Shown here: in pieces, positions 46,211-64,000 of the stretch
Numbering within the stretch: position 1 is the stretch's first letter
Layout of the letters: every line of letters begins with the position of its first letter
Origin: the human T2T-CHM13v2.0 reference genome, Homo sapiens
Reading direction: 5' to 3' (one strand)
Length of the DNA: 64,000 bases
Assembly (NCBI RefSeq): GCF_009914755.1
Contig: NC_060941.1
Position numbers and translations under genes: made by a program
The notes under the pieces: model-generated
Databases searched by the model: none
What the model was told of the DNA's origin: nothing
The model's input: only the letters and a program-made list of their open reading frames with translations

Positions 46211-46979
46211 CATATTAAGATTCTCCAGAGAAACAACATCTATATCTATATCTTTATCTATCTATCTATAGATATGTCTCTAACTCTATCTATAGATATG
46301 GCTGTATCTACAGATATCTCTGTGTGAGAGGAGATTTATTGTAGAAATTGGCTCACTTGGTTATGGAGGCTGAGGAGTCCCACAATCTGCCATCAGCAAG
46401 CTGGAGAACCAGAGAATCCAGTGGTGTAATGTTCAGTCTGAGTCTGAAGGCCTGAGAATCGGGTGGTGCAGTGGTTTGAGTCCCAGTCCGAGCCCAAAGG
46501 CTCGAGAGCCAGGAAGGCAGAAGCTGGATGTCCCAGCAGACATGGCAAGAATTTGCCCTGTCTCTGTCTTTGTGATCTATTTGGGCCCTCAGTGGATTGG
46601 GTGGGCCCTCAGTGGGTTGGATGGGCCTACAGTGAATTAGATAGGCCCTCAATGGATTGGATGGGCCTGCAGTGGATTGGATGGGCCCTCAATGGGCTGG
46701 ATGGGCCCTCGGTGGATTGCATGGGCCCACAGTGGGTTGAATGGGTTCTCAGTGGATTGGATGAGCCCTCAGTGGGTGAATGGGCCCTCTGTGAGTTCGA
46801 TGGGCCCTCAGTGGATTGGGTGGTGCTAACCTGCATGGGTGAGGATGGATCTTGTTTATGCGCTCCACTGGTTCAAATGTTAATCTCTTCCAGAATCACC
46901 CTGACAAATACATTGAGAAATACTGTTTTATCATCCCTTAGCCCAGTCAAGTTGACACATCATAAAATTAACCATGACA
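46211..46979 (-). mobile_element. MLT2B-type ERVL solo LTR
   Basis: TTCTCCAGAGAAACA...GAAATTGGCTCAC...CAGTCAAGTTGACACA...AAATTAACCATGACA; GTCAC on both flanks. Confidence 0.85.
46581..46819. repeat. 20-bp minisatellite, 12 copies (ATGGGCCCTCAGTGGATTGG)
   Basis: 20-bp periodicity read directly; one unit is 19 bp. Confidence 0.95.
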
Positions 46980-48158
46980 GTCACAGAATATTGTCCTATA
47001 CTCAAGTCATAACTTGTCATGTAGACAAGTTAGCATCCATAAGGTACAGTGGTCATAGAATCTGAACACTTGTCTGGGAGTCATGGCTTTGCTACTTTCT
47101 AACCATGTTGCTCTCACACCTTTAAATGGAGAGAGGACCGCACCATACTCACAATGGAATCAACCTCTTATGACCTTTGTGAGAACTGAAATCTGGGTTT
47201 TGCAAACTCTGAAAAGTCTCTGAATACCAGAGGTTCCTGAGAGTCTTCCTACAGCTCAGGAGTGTGCTCAGTTGCCAGGAGGGAGGCTGAGCTCTTGGGA
47301 CATTCAAAGTGAGAGGATGTTCCTAACACTTCATTCTAGCAGCTCCAAGGAGCTAGACAGAGAAAAGAGAAAATGAGAAGAGGCACAGTCTTGAGTTGGT
47401 GTGAGGCAATGGCAGGGGGAGGCAACAGCTTGTGAGGACAGGGAGGAGAAGTAGCCCTTCCAACATTTCCTAGACGATAGTGCCTGGTGTGTGGTCTGGC
47501 CTCATCGCTGGCTTGGCGCCTTCCTTGCTTCTCTGTTAGCCGACATCGGAAGTTGCTGCTTCTCCTTTGCTCAGGGCCAGGTGGCCTGTGAGACTCACAA
47601 GGCTCTCCAAGAGGGGAACTTGCCTCCTCCCCTAATTGCCTTCATTCTTGTGTCATCATGTAGAAAATCATTTACACTGAAGTGGAATTTAGCCTGGCTT
47701 AGCTGTGAGTATCTGGATTTCCACTTTCATACAATACAAAGGCAAATTACAGCATCACCGTTAACAGTGGCTGGACCCTGGAGACCTCATGACTTTCCAG
47801 GCTCCTCACTTGCTGGTGTGCACTGTGCTAGGGCTGTGGCGAGGGTTAAATGTGGCCATGCACCTGTCATTGGTCAGCCCCCGGTGTGGTTCAGAGGGAC
47901 GTGATAGAAGAATTATGTACTTTCAGAATTTCAGCCTCTAGTTTATAGATGAGACCATGAAAATGATTTGTCTACGCTCATACAACTCATTAGTGGCTGG
48001 TCTGGGACAAAGCTCCAGTCCCCTGATAGCCACTCAAGGTGCTCTTCTCACTTGTGCGTGGCTGAGAACACAAGGAAAGGAGAACTTGCCTCATCTTTAT
48101 GGCTGGGGCTAGAGCAGAGTGACATAAATGTAACTGGGTTTATGTGTCCCAAAAGACG

Positions 48159-48301
48159 AGGGCTGCTAGGTAAAATACAGGATGCCCAGGTCAGCAAAGG
48201 CTTTTTGGGATGTACTTACACTAAACATTTATTTGCTGTTTATCTGAAATTCAGACTGAACTGGGCATCCTCCATTTTTATTTTCTAGGTCTGGCAACCC
48301 T
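48159..48301. mobile_element. MER53 hAT MITE
   Basis: AAAATACAGGATGCCCAG...TTTATCTGAAATTCA...CTGGGCATCCT...TCTGGCAACCCT. Confidence 0.8.
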
Positions 48302-49094
48302 GTGAGAGATGAAATTCACATTAAAACTATTTAGCAAACCAAACGATGGCTATGTAACCTTGTCTTGGTCTCCACTTAGAGGCAGAATCTCAGTGCTTTC
48401 TGAAAGTTCTTAGGAGGCCTGTAGCTACATCTGCAGTGGTGCCAAATCTCCATATGAAACCAGAACAATTCAATCGCTTATTCACAGTCTAGATGTTTGC
48501 ACCGGGTAGACAAAATATTGAAATGTTTGGCAGAATTGCTCAATTGTCCTTTGGAAGTCTGGCATCTTGCAGCTGCAGCCTTGGAGTTCATCCTGTGCTG
48601 GGACAGTATCTACAGCCCAGCTCTCTGATCTGTGATGACCCTGTAGTGTCTCTCCCCTCCTTTCTTAATGAGGCTGGGACATGCTACTAGAATTTTCAAG
48701 GATTTAGCTGAAGTCTGGACATGCTTTGCATTTTGTTCATTTTTTGGCCCGAGACTCACATGTATGTACAGTTGTTTTACTTCAGTCTGCTGATAAAGCT
48801 CAGACTTCTGCAGACTTCTTTTTCTTAGTTTCTGTTAGGCAGGAAACCCAGAAAAAAATTCAGACTTTTTTTTTTTTTTTTGCCCCAAGAGCACAATGAA
48901 CTGCAATAAATCCTGTACATATAACAACACTTTGACCTCATTAAGAAGATGGATGAAGAACAGTGATTTCAAACAGCACTGGAAGCCCCTAGCAGCTCAG
49001 GGCTCCTTCTGGAGGAAGGTGCATTCATTGATTCAGTTATTCATTCATTCAACTGACTTTACTAACCCTGTGTGGCATAGGAGAGAGATGAGCA

Positions 49095-49355
49095 GCTGGG
49101 GAACACAGCAGATAGAAACACAGACTTGATGGCCAGTAGGCCTGGGTTCTGTTCTTGGTTCTGTCACCTATTAGTTGTGTAATCTTGGCCAGTTACTTCA
49201 TGTGTCTGCACCTCCATTTGTTTGTTCATCTGTAAAATAGGATGAATAACAGTTCCTACTTCATAGGATTGTTCTGAGGATTAAATGAGAATTCATGTAA
49301 CTGCTTAAGAACAGCGTCTGACATTTAGTAAGTACTTACAAATGTTAGCTATTGT
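49095..49355 (+). mobile_element. MIR
   Basis: TCATCTGTAAAATAGGATGAATAA...GAGGATTAAATGAGA. Confidence 0.85.
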
Positions 49356-49499
49356 GTTGGACGCATAGCTATGGAGATGCTTTGATCTCAGAAAGGGCAG
49401 GCTCTTCTCCCTAAAGGTGAAATTCAGAGTTATTGTTTGGCAAAGCTGGCTCTGAGTCATGGCTGAGGAACCTTGTGCTGTGTGTCACAACTAGTTGTC

Positions 49500-49885
49500 T
49501 CATTCCCCTTGGCTAGCAATTGGTCTGGGAATGGCCCTGATCCCTAGTTCTGGCTAATGGGATATAAATGAACACTTTCTTGCTTTTCTGACCAATAAAG
49601 GAAAAAAACAGAAAAGAAAAAGAAAGGTCCCTTTGACCTGGAAGCTGGTTACGACGCTTGGAGATACAGCAACCATTTTGTGACCTTGAGGTCACAGCCT
49701 AAGGACAAAGGTCAATGTGCTAAAGGAGGTAAAAAGAAAGAACCCAGGTCTCTAAGGCTATGTTCGAGTAACTTCACCAGATAGCCTACCTCCAGACCTC
49801 TTATTAAGTGATGAAAATTAACATCTACTTTTTTAAACCACTGTAACCACATTTTCCATCATTTGCAGCTAAATGGATTTTTCCT
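49500..49885 (+). mobile_element. MLT1K-like LTR
   Basis: CAGCAACCATTTTGTGACC...GCCTACCTCCAGAC...TTTGCAGCTAAA. Confidence 0.65.
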
Positions 49886-50770
49886 TGGTAAAACCAAATA
49901 AGCAAAAAAGCAGTCTCTTTCCTCAAGGAAATCACAGCCAAGTACAGGCAAAAATGCCATGTATTCTAGTACGATAAAATGAACTAGCAAAGTAAACAAA
50001 GTGCTCTGTGCACACAGAAAAGAAACAGTTAGTAGGCAAAGGGGGTATTTTATTGGATTATAAAGATCCAACTCTGCATGATCTCAGTGTATGACTTATC
50101 ACCCATCATCTGGTTCTCAATCAGAATACCCTTCCACAGGAAAAAGAGGCAAAATCCTCCACCTCAGGGCCAGATGATGATCACTCAACTTTGTGCTTCC
50201 CAGGTCAATGCTGAAGCATCCTTTTCTGTTTCCTTCTTGGTCCCAGCTCTCAGGACACTGACCCTCACTGTGTGGCCTGAAATCCTGCTGCTTTATTCTT
50301 AACACTGAAGTCTGGCATATCTGCTTGCCATCTGTTCCTCCTGCCTACTTCCAGCCTACAGTCCTTGCTGGAAGATTTGTTGCTTGTGGTCTGTGCTTGG
50401 TTTGGGTCAAAGACAAAAGGACAAAAGGATTTGTAGAGAGGAGAAGAAGAGTCTGGGGGCTAAGGATGTCACAGAAAGCATCCTAGAGGGAGGGAGGAGC
50501 AGAGAAGTTGGTTGGAGAAGAAAAAGTGAGTTGAAGAAGAACGAGAGATGACTCTGGAGTGGTGAAGAGAGGCTGATGGAATGAAGGTTTTGGATGCTAG
50601 CAGAATCCAGACTTGATGAGACTAGCAGTAGGGAGTCACTCGAGGTCCCGAAATGAGAATGTAATGATTGTGGAAGGTTCTTTTGGCAGTTGTGGAAAGG
50701 CTAGTTTGAAACAGTATTGACTAAGGAATGAAGGAAAATCTGTCAAAAGATTTGCAGTCATGAAAAAAGA

Positions 50771-51119
<349 letters not shown>

Positions 51120-51439
51120 TTATATATGGACACTGTACAAAAGGCTCTGAGCTGGGGGCTCCACTTTGCTGTCTACAGCATTAGCCTTGCTATCACAACT
51201 CATTAACAAGGATTTGCTGACAACAGCCGATTGAAAAGTGAAAACTTCAATCAGTCAATGTTTTGGCCACAGATTTTTTTTTTTTTCACTTAATTGGGAA
51301 GTGGTTTCTGTGTCTTAGAGACATAGCCTATGAGAAGACTTCTTGCTAGATTTGCCTGTCTCTGTTAGAAGAAAGTCATGGCAAATGAAAAAGTTGGAGG
51401 TATTGGGTAGTACGGCAGTTCATATAGAATCAAAAAAAT

Positions 51440-51765
51440 TTTTATTACAGCGTTAACTGTGTGTCAAGCCGTGGTTTAAAAGCTTTACATATTTGAACTC
51501 ATTTAATTATCTGAGAAACTATGAGGTTGGCACGTAGCATTCTCCCATTTTACAGATTACATTCTCGTTTCAGGACCTCAAGTGACTCCCTACTGCTAGT
51601 CCCATCAAGTCTGGACTCTGCTAGCATCCAAAGCCCTCACTCCATCAGAGGAAGCTGAAGCTGAGAGAGGCTAGGGAGATTGCTCAGTATCATATACCTA
51701 CTAAATGGTGGAGGCAGCTTCTGAATCCATGCTATAGAGGCTGTCATCTTAACCACCACACTTGA
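51440..51765 (-). mobile_element. MIR split by a 93-bp insertion
   Basis: CCCATTTTACAGAT | GAGGAAGCTGAAGCT core interrupted at 51556-51648. Confidence 0.8.
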
Positions 51766-52438
51766 CAGCCTCCCATTTTTTAAGCCACATCGCCCAAGAG
51801 TAGGACTAAGTCCCTAGGGCTTATGATGGCCATGCCAAAGTCTAGATGTTCCCTAGAAAATAAAGGGAGCACTAATAGAAAAATGGTCCCTCTTCTTCAT
51901 CTCATTATTGCTGGTCCAGTGCTCATAGGTTTCAACTATGAGCCCTATTGATGAAAAGTGACCCAGGGACCTTACCGAGTACTTACAGCCAGTGAGAGTG
52001 ACTTGCAAATCCTAGTACGCTGACAGAGCCCATGATGAAGAACCGAGTCACCTCCCTTATAATAAACCAACAATTGAGGGAGAGGCACTAATCCAAAAAG
52101 GACATTGTGTAACACTTATGAGAGTTTTTGAAAATAGTAGAAGGGCGTGTGAAAGTCAAATTGACGCTTAAGCCTTTTACATATGGGTGCAAATTATACG
52201 GCAGTACAATTAAAAATATCTAATTTGACACTCAAGTCATCTTTGAAATTTTTAGGGTTAACAGAGGCTGTTTTAGGTGAGATAGGGAATGGCTTGTAGC
52301 TATGAAGGGAAGGGATGGACGCTATTCAGCGTGGAACTTTTGGGGGTGTTGCCAAAGCAAGTCTTACGAAGTGTCATGATATACCATCTGTAGGAGAAAA
52401 TCCACAGTGATCACATTTTGATATGAAAGTCATCTCTT

Positions 52439-52764
<326 letters not shown>

Positions 52765-54125
52765 TCATCTCTTTTAGGTAGATAAGTGCAAACTTAATGA
52801 GAATAAATGGTAGCAGAAAAAGTTGTTTTTAATATGGATGAACTCACTCTAATTCCTTTAGAGTGAACTATCGAGTTGCGTGCCTATGATGAAGAGCATG
52901 GTGCTTCAAGTTACAGTTTAGTTAAAGGACTCTGAAGTCGTTGTTTATTGTGACCCGAGCTTGTAGTCTATTGTTAATTTGGGCAGTTAACAAAGGGTTG
53001 TTGCAAAGGGTTTTGTTAATAAAACAAACAGCTACATCTTAAATCGACACCTGAACACTGTATACAGATTCTATTATTACACCTTAAGAGAGAAAAATTG
53101 GATGGAAAGAAGAGCCAAAATATATGGGGATGGTCAAAAGGACAGAACAAGATAGGGATAGAGAGTCTACCTTAAAGTCAGGCTGAAATGAAAAGACCCC
53201 AACCCTTCAATGGGGGGCATGTTCAAAATCTGTAAATCCACCCACAGCGTAAATCTTTTCCATTTACTTCCCAAAGGCCAATGTAGCAGGTGTGATTACT
53301 ATTCCACCAACTCAAATTAAAATCAACACTGAGCCTCCTCCCTCCTGGGGGGCAGAGGTTCCATCTCAGACAGAATTGGGGCTCTCTCATCTGCCCCATT
53401 CCCTCTACCATACTCAGGGACTTCTCAATGTTCCGAAGGCCTAGCACAGAGCAGAGTGTTGGCAAGGCCTCTATGGCTTTTGGTCTATGCTTATTACTGT
53501 CGAAGTACCTGTTGTTCAAACTAAAGTGGTCCTTTGACGTTTGATAGTTTCGCATGTTTCTTAGCCATGAGAATCTTTGCTGAAACCAGGACTTCAGAGT
53601 GTGGGGTTTAGTTCTCCCAACTGTACAACTCAGCCTTTTATGGCAAGGTAGGCTTCCTTCAAATACCCAAACTTAGGTACTCCTGCTGATCATTGATCTG
53701 AGCATAATAGGCTGCATTAAAAGACAACATTTTTTTAGAAAGGTAAATATCACAACTGCCATAGAAACATAAAATTAATATATATAAAATATTTCAGTTA
53801 ACTGTTAATGAGAAGACCAGTAAGATGATTAAACCAGTTCAAAGGAGAACTCAAAGAATGCACACACACATAGTCAATCAAATACTAAAATCAATTTTCT
53901 AATATATGCAAAACTGGTTAATATCCACTGAGCAACAACCAACTGCATCTCTAGTAGACAAATCCATTTGTATTTTTATGGACAAGAGTCATCTGCATTA
54001 CTATCAGTTTTCCACAACTTACATAGCAGTAAGATTTCTCAGTAGCAACAAGGCACAGATCTTTGTAGATCAAGTAACTCAGAAGGATGTACCTAGTATT
54101 TGATTGAAAGGATACCCAGTAAACA

Positions 54126-56750
<2,625 letters not shown>

Positions 56751-56841
56751 TTAATGACTAAAGGTTGATAGTGAAAAATGAGTTGGCTCTGATTAATGAG
56801 ATTAGCTAGCTGGTCATCTTAGAGAATAAAGGGGGTCATGT

Positions 56842-57437
56842 TGTGTCCAGAATTGGTGGGTTCTTGGTCTCGCTGACTAAAAGAATGAAGCCGCAGACCC
56901 TGGCAGTGAGTGCTACAGTTCTTAAAGATGGTGTGTCCGGAGTTTGTTCCTTCTGATGTTCCCACGTATCCGGAGTTTCTTCCTTCTGATGGGTTCTGAT
57001 CTTGCTGACTTCGGGAATGAAGCTGCAGACCTTCGCTGTGTTACAGCTCATAAAGGTGGCGGGGACCCAGAGTGAACAACAGCAAGATTTACTGCGAAGA
57101 GTGAAAAAACAAAGCTTCCACAGGGAGGAAAGGAACCCCAGCGAGTTGTTGACCCTTGCTCTGTGGCCTGCTTTTATTCACTTATTTGGCCCCACCCACA
57201 TCCTGCTGATTGGTCCATTTTACAGAGTGCTGATTGGTGCATTTAGAAACCTTTAGCTAGACACAAAGTGCTGATTGGTGCATTTACAATCCTTTAGCTA
57301 GACAGAAAAGTTCTTCTAGTCCCCACCCTATTAGCTAGACACAGAGCACTGATTGGTGCTTTTAGAAACCTTTAGCTGGACAGAAAAGTTCTCCAAGTCC
57401 CCAACCAACCCAGAAGCCCAGCTGGCTTCACCTCTCA
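56842..57437 (-). mobile_element. LTR12-family (HERV9) short solo LTR
   Basis: Minus strand TGAGAGGTGAAGCCAGCTGG...CCAATTCTGGACACA; perfect TSD ATGT at 56838-56841 and 57438-57441; 4 CCAAT boxes. Confidence 0.93.
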
Positions 57438-58004
57438 ATGTTAAAGAGAGCCTCTACTGCCAGGTATGTGCAAGGGAGAGAACAGATTGGAGATTATATC
57501 CAGATGACTGTATCAGAGGTGCCGGTGGGGTCAGGGGAGGAGTCCTGAAATTGGGCATGTTTTATTGAGGTGGTTTAAACAAGAGACTGGTTTTGATGTG
57601 AGGGTACCAGAAATCCTACACTTTTCATAGAATGGTTTTAGAATTTGCCTTGATGAAAATTTACAGAGGAAGAAAAAGATAAAAGAGAACACTCACTAGA
57701 AGTAGTTAGGGGTTGGGTCCCTAAATTGGAGTCTGATTTTGGTCTGATTTCCCGAAGTTTTCATTCTTTCATAGGGGAAACTCAAATACTACTCTTAATC
57801 TTCTTAACCTTAGGTGGAGTTCCATGCCTCCAGCTTATCAGCTTCCCCTGAAATCATGGACGGGAGTTTCTTAGAGTGTAGTCACACCTCACAGATCCTA
57901 TAAGCATCTAGGCCACAGACTGTAAATTTTATTTTTTGCTTTACATCTCCCCTGTATCTATTGAGATTATCATAAACATTTTCCCCTTTAACTCTTTACT
58001 TATA

Positions 58005-58545
58005 GTTTTAATTTTGAAATAATTTTAGATTTACATAAAAATTGTAAAGATAGTTTAAAGAATTCCTGGATACCCCCCGCCCAATTTTGTATGTTACCGT
58101 GGTACATTTGTTAAAACTGAAAAACAGACATTGCTCCATTACTATTGAATTAACTCCAGACTTTATTTGGATTTCAACGTTTTTTCTATTAGTGTTTTCT
58201 TTCTATTCCAGGATCCAGTTCAGGATACCACATGATACTAATTCTGTGGTCTGTGAGTTTCTCAGTACTTTTTTTTGTTTTTAATGACCTTGAGAGTTTT
58301 GAAGAGTACTGGCTGGGCATCCCGTAGACTGTCCCCCAGTCTGAGTTTGTCTGTTGTATTTTTCTCCTAATTCGATCCGGGTTATGGATTTTTGGGAACG
58401 CAGCCATAGACGTGAAGCGCCCTTCTCATCACATTGTATCAGAGGGAACCTTGGTCACTTAGTGAAGGTAATGCTGGCAAGGCCTCTTCATTATAAAGTT
58501 ACATTTTTGTCTTTTCTTCTCTATTCATTGGAATTGAGCCACTAG
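58005..58545 (-). mobile_element. L1MC4-like 3' end
   Basis: AATTTTAGATTTACATAAAAATTG; CCAGGATCCAGTTCAGGATACCACA; TTTTGAAGAGTACTGG. Confidence 0.8.
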
Positions 58546-58707
58546 GTGATTTGTGATTTCTAGTTCCATCCTTTAGAATGACTTAGACATTTTTGTTTGT
58601 TTGTTTGCATGAAAGTTCCAAATAATTCACTGATAACACCATCTGGGCCTAAAGTCTTTTTGGAGGTAAAATTTTAAAAACCTTTTAAAAGAATTTTCAT
58701 GATTTCT

Positions 58708-58850
58708 TCTGGGTGTGATGGCTCAAGCCTATAATCCCAGGGCTTTGGGAGGCCGGAGCAGGAGGATTGCTTCAGCCCAGGAATTAAGGCTGCAGTGAGC
58801 TATGATCATGCCACTGCACTCCAGCCTGGGTGACATAGCGAGACTCCGTC

Positions 58851-58882
<32 letters not shown>
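58708..58882 (+). mobile_element. Alu monomer (FRAM-like or arm-fused AluJ)
   Basis: Left-arm-type start joined to GGCTGCAGTGAGCTATGATC...A-tail. Confidence 0.8.
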
Positions 58883-58883
<1 letters not shown>

Positions 58884-59625
58884 AACAACCAACTTATAAT
58901 TTCATGTCTATAAAGGTCTTCTACATCTTCTAAATGTCAGAGTTTTTGGTAATTAAAAAATATAATGATCAATTTCATTGTGATTTTGAAATTTAATAGA
59001 TGGTGTTTTGCCTAGCATATTTTATTCTTGTATGTATATTTGGTATCTTTTTTCTGGATTTCTAATACAGATGTACATTTTGTTTTCATGAGTAGGCATG
59101 CTATTTATGTTGTTTAATTTGTGGAGGAAGTGGTAGCGCCTTCCAGACTTGTAAGTCTAATGCAGAAATGGGAATTAGTAAGGTATATGTGCTGCAACAG
59201 TGAGGTTTGCTGGAGCAAAGAACACTGGAGCCCAGGGGCAGATTCTTGGGTACTTTGGGCAGGTCTAGGTAATGGTGGACCATTAACATAGAAAACTAGG
59301 CTTATGCCTACTTCTCTTAGAAGCTCTTTTTGGTAGATATTCTAGTTTGGAAGTATAGAGGCAACATGGAACTCTGGGAGAGATAGAAGACTATTGTTTC
59401 CACCCTCCAGTGCTACTTCTTAGACTGCTTTCTGCTAATAGCTACACAAGATTTGGTTATGCCTCCTGCAAAGGGCTTCTGCCCAGCTTGAGATTTACAG
59501 CTCTTTTCACCACTATACCGGTAGGATCAGGTATTTTTGGGTATTTGGGCAGGAAAAAGAAATCATAGAATGTCAAGTCTGTGTAGGACCTCTAGTTCAA
59601 AGCTATCTTTCTTTTTCCTCATTTT

Positions 59626-59638
59626 TTTTTTTATTATT

Positions 59639-59669
<31 letters not shown>

Positions 59670-59988
59670 TTTTTTTTAACAGTTTAAGTTCTGGGATACA
59701 CATGCAGAACATGCAGGTTTGTTACATAGGTATACATGCGCCATGGTGATTTGCTGCACCCATCAACCTGTCATCTAGGTTTTAAGCCCCGCATGCCTTA
59801 GGTATTTGTCCTAGTGCTCTCCCTCCCCTTGCCCCCCACCCCACAACAGGCCCCGGTGCGTGATGTTCCCCTCCCTATGTCCATGTGTTCTCATTGTTCA
59901 ACTCCCACTTATGAGTGAGAACATGCGGTGTTTTCTGTTCTTGTGTTAGTTTGCTGAGAATGATGGTTTCTAGCTTCATCCATGTCCT
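59626..59988 (-). mobile_element. L1PA8-like 3' end inserted in a MIR
   Basis: GTCATCTAGGTTTTAAGCCCCGCATG; TSD-like TTCYTCCTCATTTT on both flanks; MIR continues to ~60120. Confidence 0.88.
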
Positions 59989-62289
59989 TCCTTTCTCCTC
60001 ATTTTAAGGATATGAGAACTAAGGTTAAGTAAGGGCAAATGGATGTTCTAAGGCCACAGAGAAAATCAGTGGTGAAATTAGGACTTGCACCCAGATTTCT
60101 TTACTCCTGGTTTAGTGCTCTCTCGTAACGTCCCACTGCCCTTGATTTTGACCTAACAGACGTAGAGGCCATACACATAGAGAAAAGGCAATGATCAATG
60201 TGGTGGAGTTTAAACACTCTAAATCCAGGGAAAGTTCCATAGCGTGGGTGCTTCTGGGCTCTGTTGTGGAGATATAATTGCAGCGGGACCTGTCCTAGTC
60301 AAACCGCTCACAAAGGTTTGACCCTGCAAATCTCCATCAACTGAGCTTTACAAATCCCCAGGGAAAACATAGGCATATTTGGAGGAGTTGCTTTATCTCT
60401 TCAATCTACTTGTGAAGTAATCCTGAACTTTTAGAGCACAGCCAAGGGCTGGGATACTTGCCAGTCCATATACAGTGTCCATCTGTAGGGATAGACTAGA
60501 ATTCAGGCTAAACGGAGATTCCCTCTTTCGGCTGCTGCGTGCTGTCTCAGACTGTGTATCTTGAAGCAGGATCCACATTCTTGGCAGGTCAGCTGTGAAA
60601 CGTGTTTGACATTGGTGGAAAAGGGCAGTTCTCAGATCCAGGAGCCTTGCTGCTTGTCTGTCTGCACTCCTGAGGAACCCTTTGGCAGAAGCCAACTTCT
60701 TGCGAGTCTGTTTGGCTTTCTCTTTGACACTGATGGAGCAGGGTAAGCTGACTCCAGGCTCAGAAAGTTCCCTTCCCTCCACTTTGTGTAGAACACATAC
60801 AAACCCGCCTATGTGTCAGACGGGTATGTTCAATGCCCATTTGAATTCCCTCATCGCAAGGAGAGTAATGGGAAATGCAAAAGCGAATTAAGGTTATGCT
60901 ATGATGTTATGGGGTGATGAGGATTTAATGAAGGGAAGATCATTTATTCTCTTCTCAACCTCTAGGACCCAGGCTTGTTGATTTGTTTATACCACTGTCC
61001 AACTGTCTGTAGAATCACGGTACAGTGGGACAGATTTTAGACCTCAAATTCTGGGATCTTGGCATTAAGCCCAAAGGAGATCTGGGATTTCCCTACTGCT
61101 TTAATAATTTCTGCTGGCCCTCCTGGAGTCATCTTAAACTGTTCCCAAGGTAAATAAATCAGCTGCCCTAGAGTGGAAGCATCCCATTCATACAGACACA
61201 AACCCAGAGACAACAAACAAAGGTAAGAAAATGCCTTCCCCTGAGACTGCGCCTATACTTTGTAAAATCGATTCCTGGGGACGCTGTGAATGGTATTCCC
61301 TCAAATCATGCCCCATGTCCTCTTCTGCCCTGGCTAAGACAAGTTGACTGATGGGGTACACTGCAGTCTTGAGATATGCAAGAGAGGGCAGAGGCCACAC
61401 TGCATAAAGCCAAACCACCTGCTTTAGAAAAGTATGTGCACAGTTGAGTGAGTGAAGGGACAGGTAGGTGATGAAGCAGCTGCCTCTCGTGACAGACATT
61501 CAGTGTAGCTCAAAGGAGCTGTGCCAACCAGGTGGGTTTAAATCCCTTCCTCCTTCCATGCAAGCAGTGATGGACACCTGACAAGAGGCCACCCTACCTT
61601 TGGTGGCTTCCAGAAGAAATGGAGTGAGGGTGGGGCAGGGTAGATAAGGAACATAGGAAAAATGCAGAGAAATGAGATGTTTGTAAAATTTGATGTTTAT
61701 ATTTTCCATCTCCAGGTATTTTTTTTTCCTGATTTCAGACTTTTTTCTGTTTCTCCTCTAGTTTTATAGATGCAATTTGCTCTTCACTCTCATTGAGATT
61801 CTACTCAGAGGCAGTTAGTTTACTTACCTTGGGAACAGAAAACAGTTCTTGTTTTTACAGTTTTTTTGAGCAAATTACAATGATAACAATGGTAATTTCT
61901 GGGAAGATTACAACTATGCAATTTTCAAATTATGAAACTTCCACTGGTCGGAGGCCTTACTGAGCAGCTTATTCAGCTAATATTTATACAGAAAAAAAGA
62001 AAAATCAGCAAGGCTCTAGCTTTAAAAGTTCTATCATCTCTTATCTGTAGTCTTTTTTTTGTACTTTTTATAAATATAGAAGTTCAAATCTGCACAAAGA
62101 TGTATGTTTTCACGCTGACATCTTTGACATTCTTTGATCTTTTCATGCCTCCATGTATATATTATTTGAACATGTGTAAAACCTTGCAAATTAGAGGGAA
62201 ACCAGATTATTATCCTGTATTCAAAATTCTGTCATATCTGCAATTTTAATTTGAAATTGCAACTGTGAGAGAGACTTCAGGGAAAAGTA

Positions 62290-63927
<1,638 letters not shown>

Positions 63928-64000
63928 CGTTCATTCTTACAGTAGCAATGTTATGTTTGTCCAAAATGAAGAGTAGAGATGGCGTTTATCAAATACAGAG

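Noticed and set aside
46581-46819. CRISPR-like array
   Set aside because: Head-to-tail units with no unique spacers, in a primate genome with no cas genes.
46463-47065. 200-aa W/G-rich ORF
   Set aside because: It is the translation of the 20-bp minisatellite within the MLT2B LTR.
61830-61850. Back-spliced circRNA origin for the permuted duplication (donor has AG at 63067-63068 and GT at 63487-63488)
   Set aside because: The junction has extra bases (AACAG), the donor site is weak, and there is no poly(A) or TSD; kept only as a remote alternative.

Overview
Primate (very probably human/great-ape) genomic DNA with a high repeat load. AluJ/S/Y, L1M/L1PB/L1PA, L2, MIR, MaLR/ERVL/ERV1 solo LTRs (including LTR12C and LTR12) and hAT/Tigger relics cover most of the window. 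I found no credible protein-coding exon; the supplied ORFs come from repeats or low-complexity sequence. Gene-derived pieces are a ~2.6-kb minus-strand processed copy of an mRNA 3'UTR (tentatively KLF3-like, from memory only) and a 33-nt U2 snRNA retro-fragment with TSD. The most notable structures are: (1) an LTR12 solo LTR ~90 bp upstream of, and co-oriented with, the 3'UTR retrocopy, forming a possible promoter-UTR-polyA lncRNA unit; (2) four short locally templated insertions (two inverted, one spliced together from two pieces, one circularly permuted), roughly 89-92% identical to donors 0.9-2.5 kb away where I counted; (3) a head-to-head Alu/unique/Alu block consistent with twin-primed retroposition; (4) a CpG-rich LTR12C nested in a MER61-like LTR; (5) an AluS/AluY chimera with a flanking deletion. 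Subfamily names and identities were judged by eye and need RepeatMasker/BLAT confirmation.
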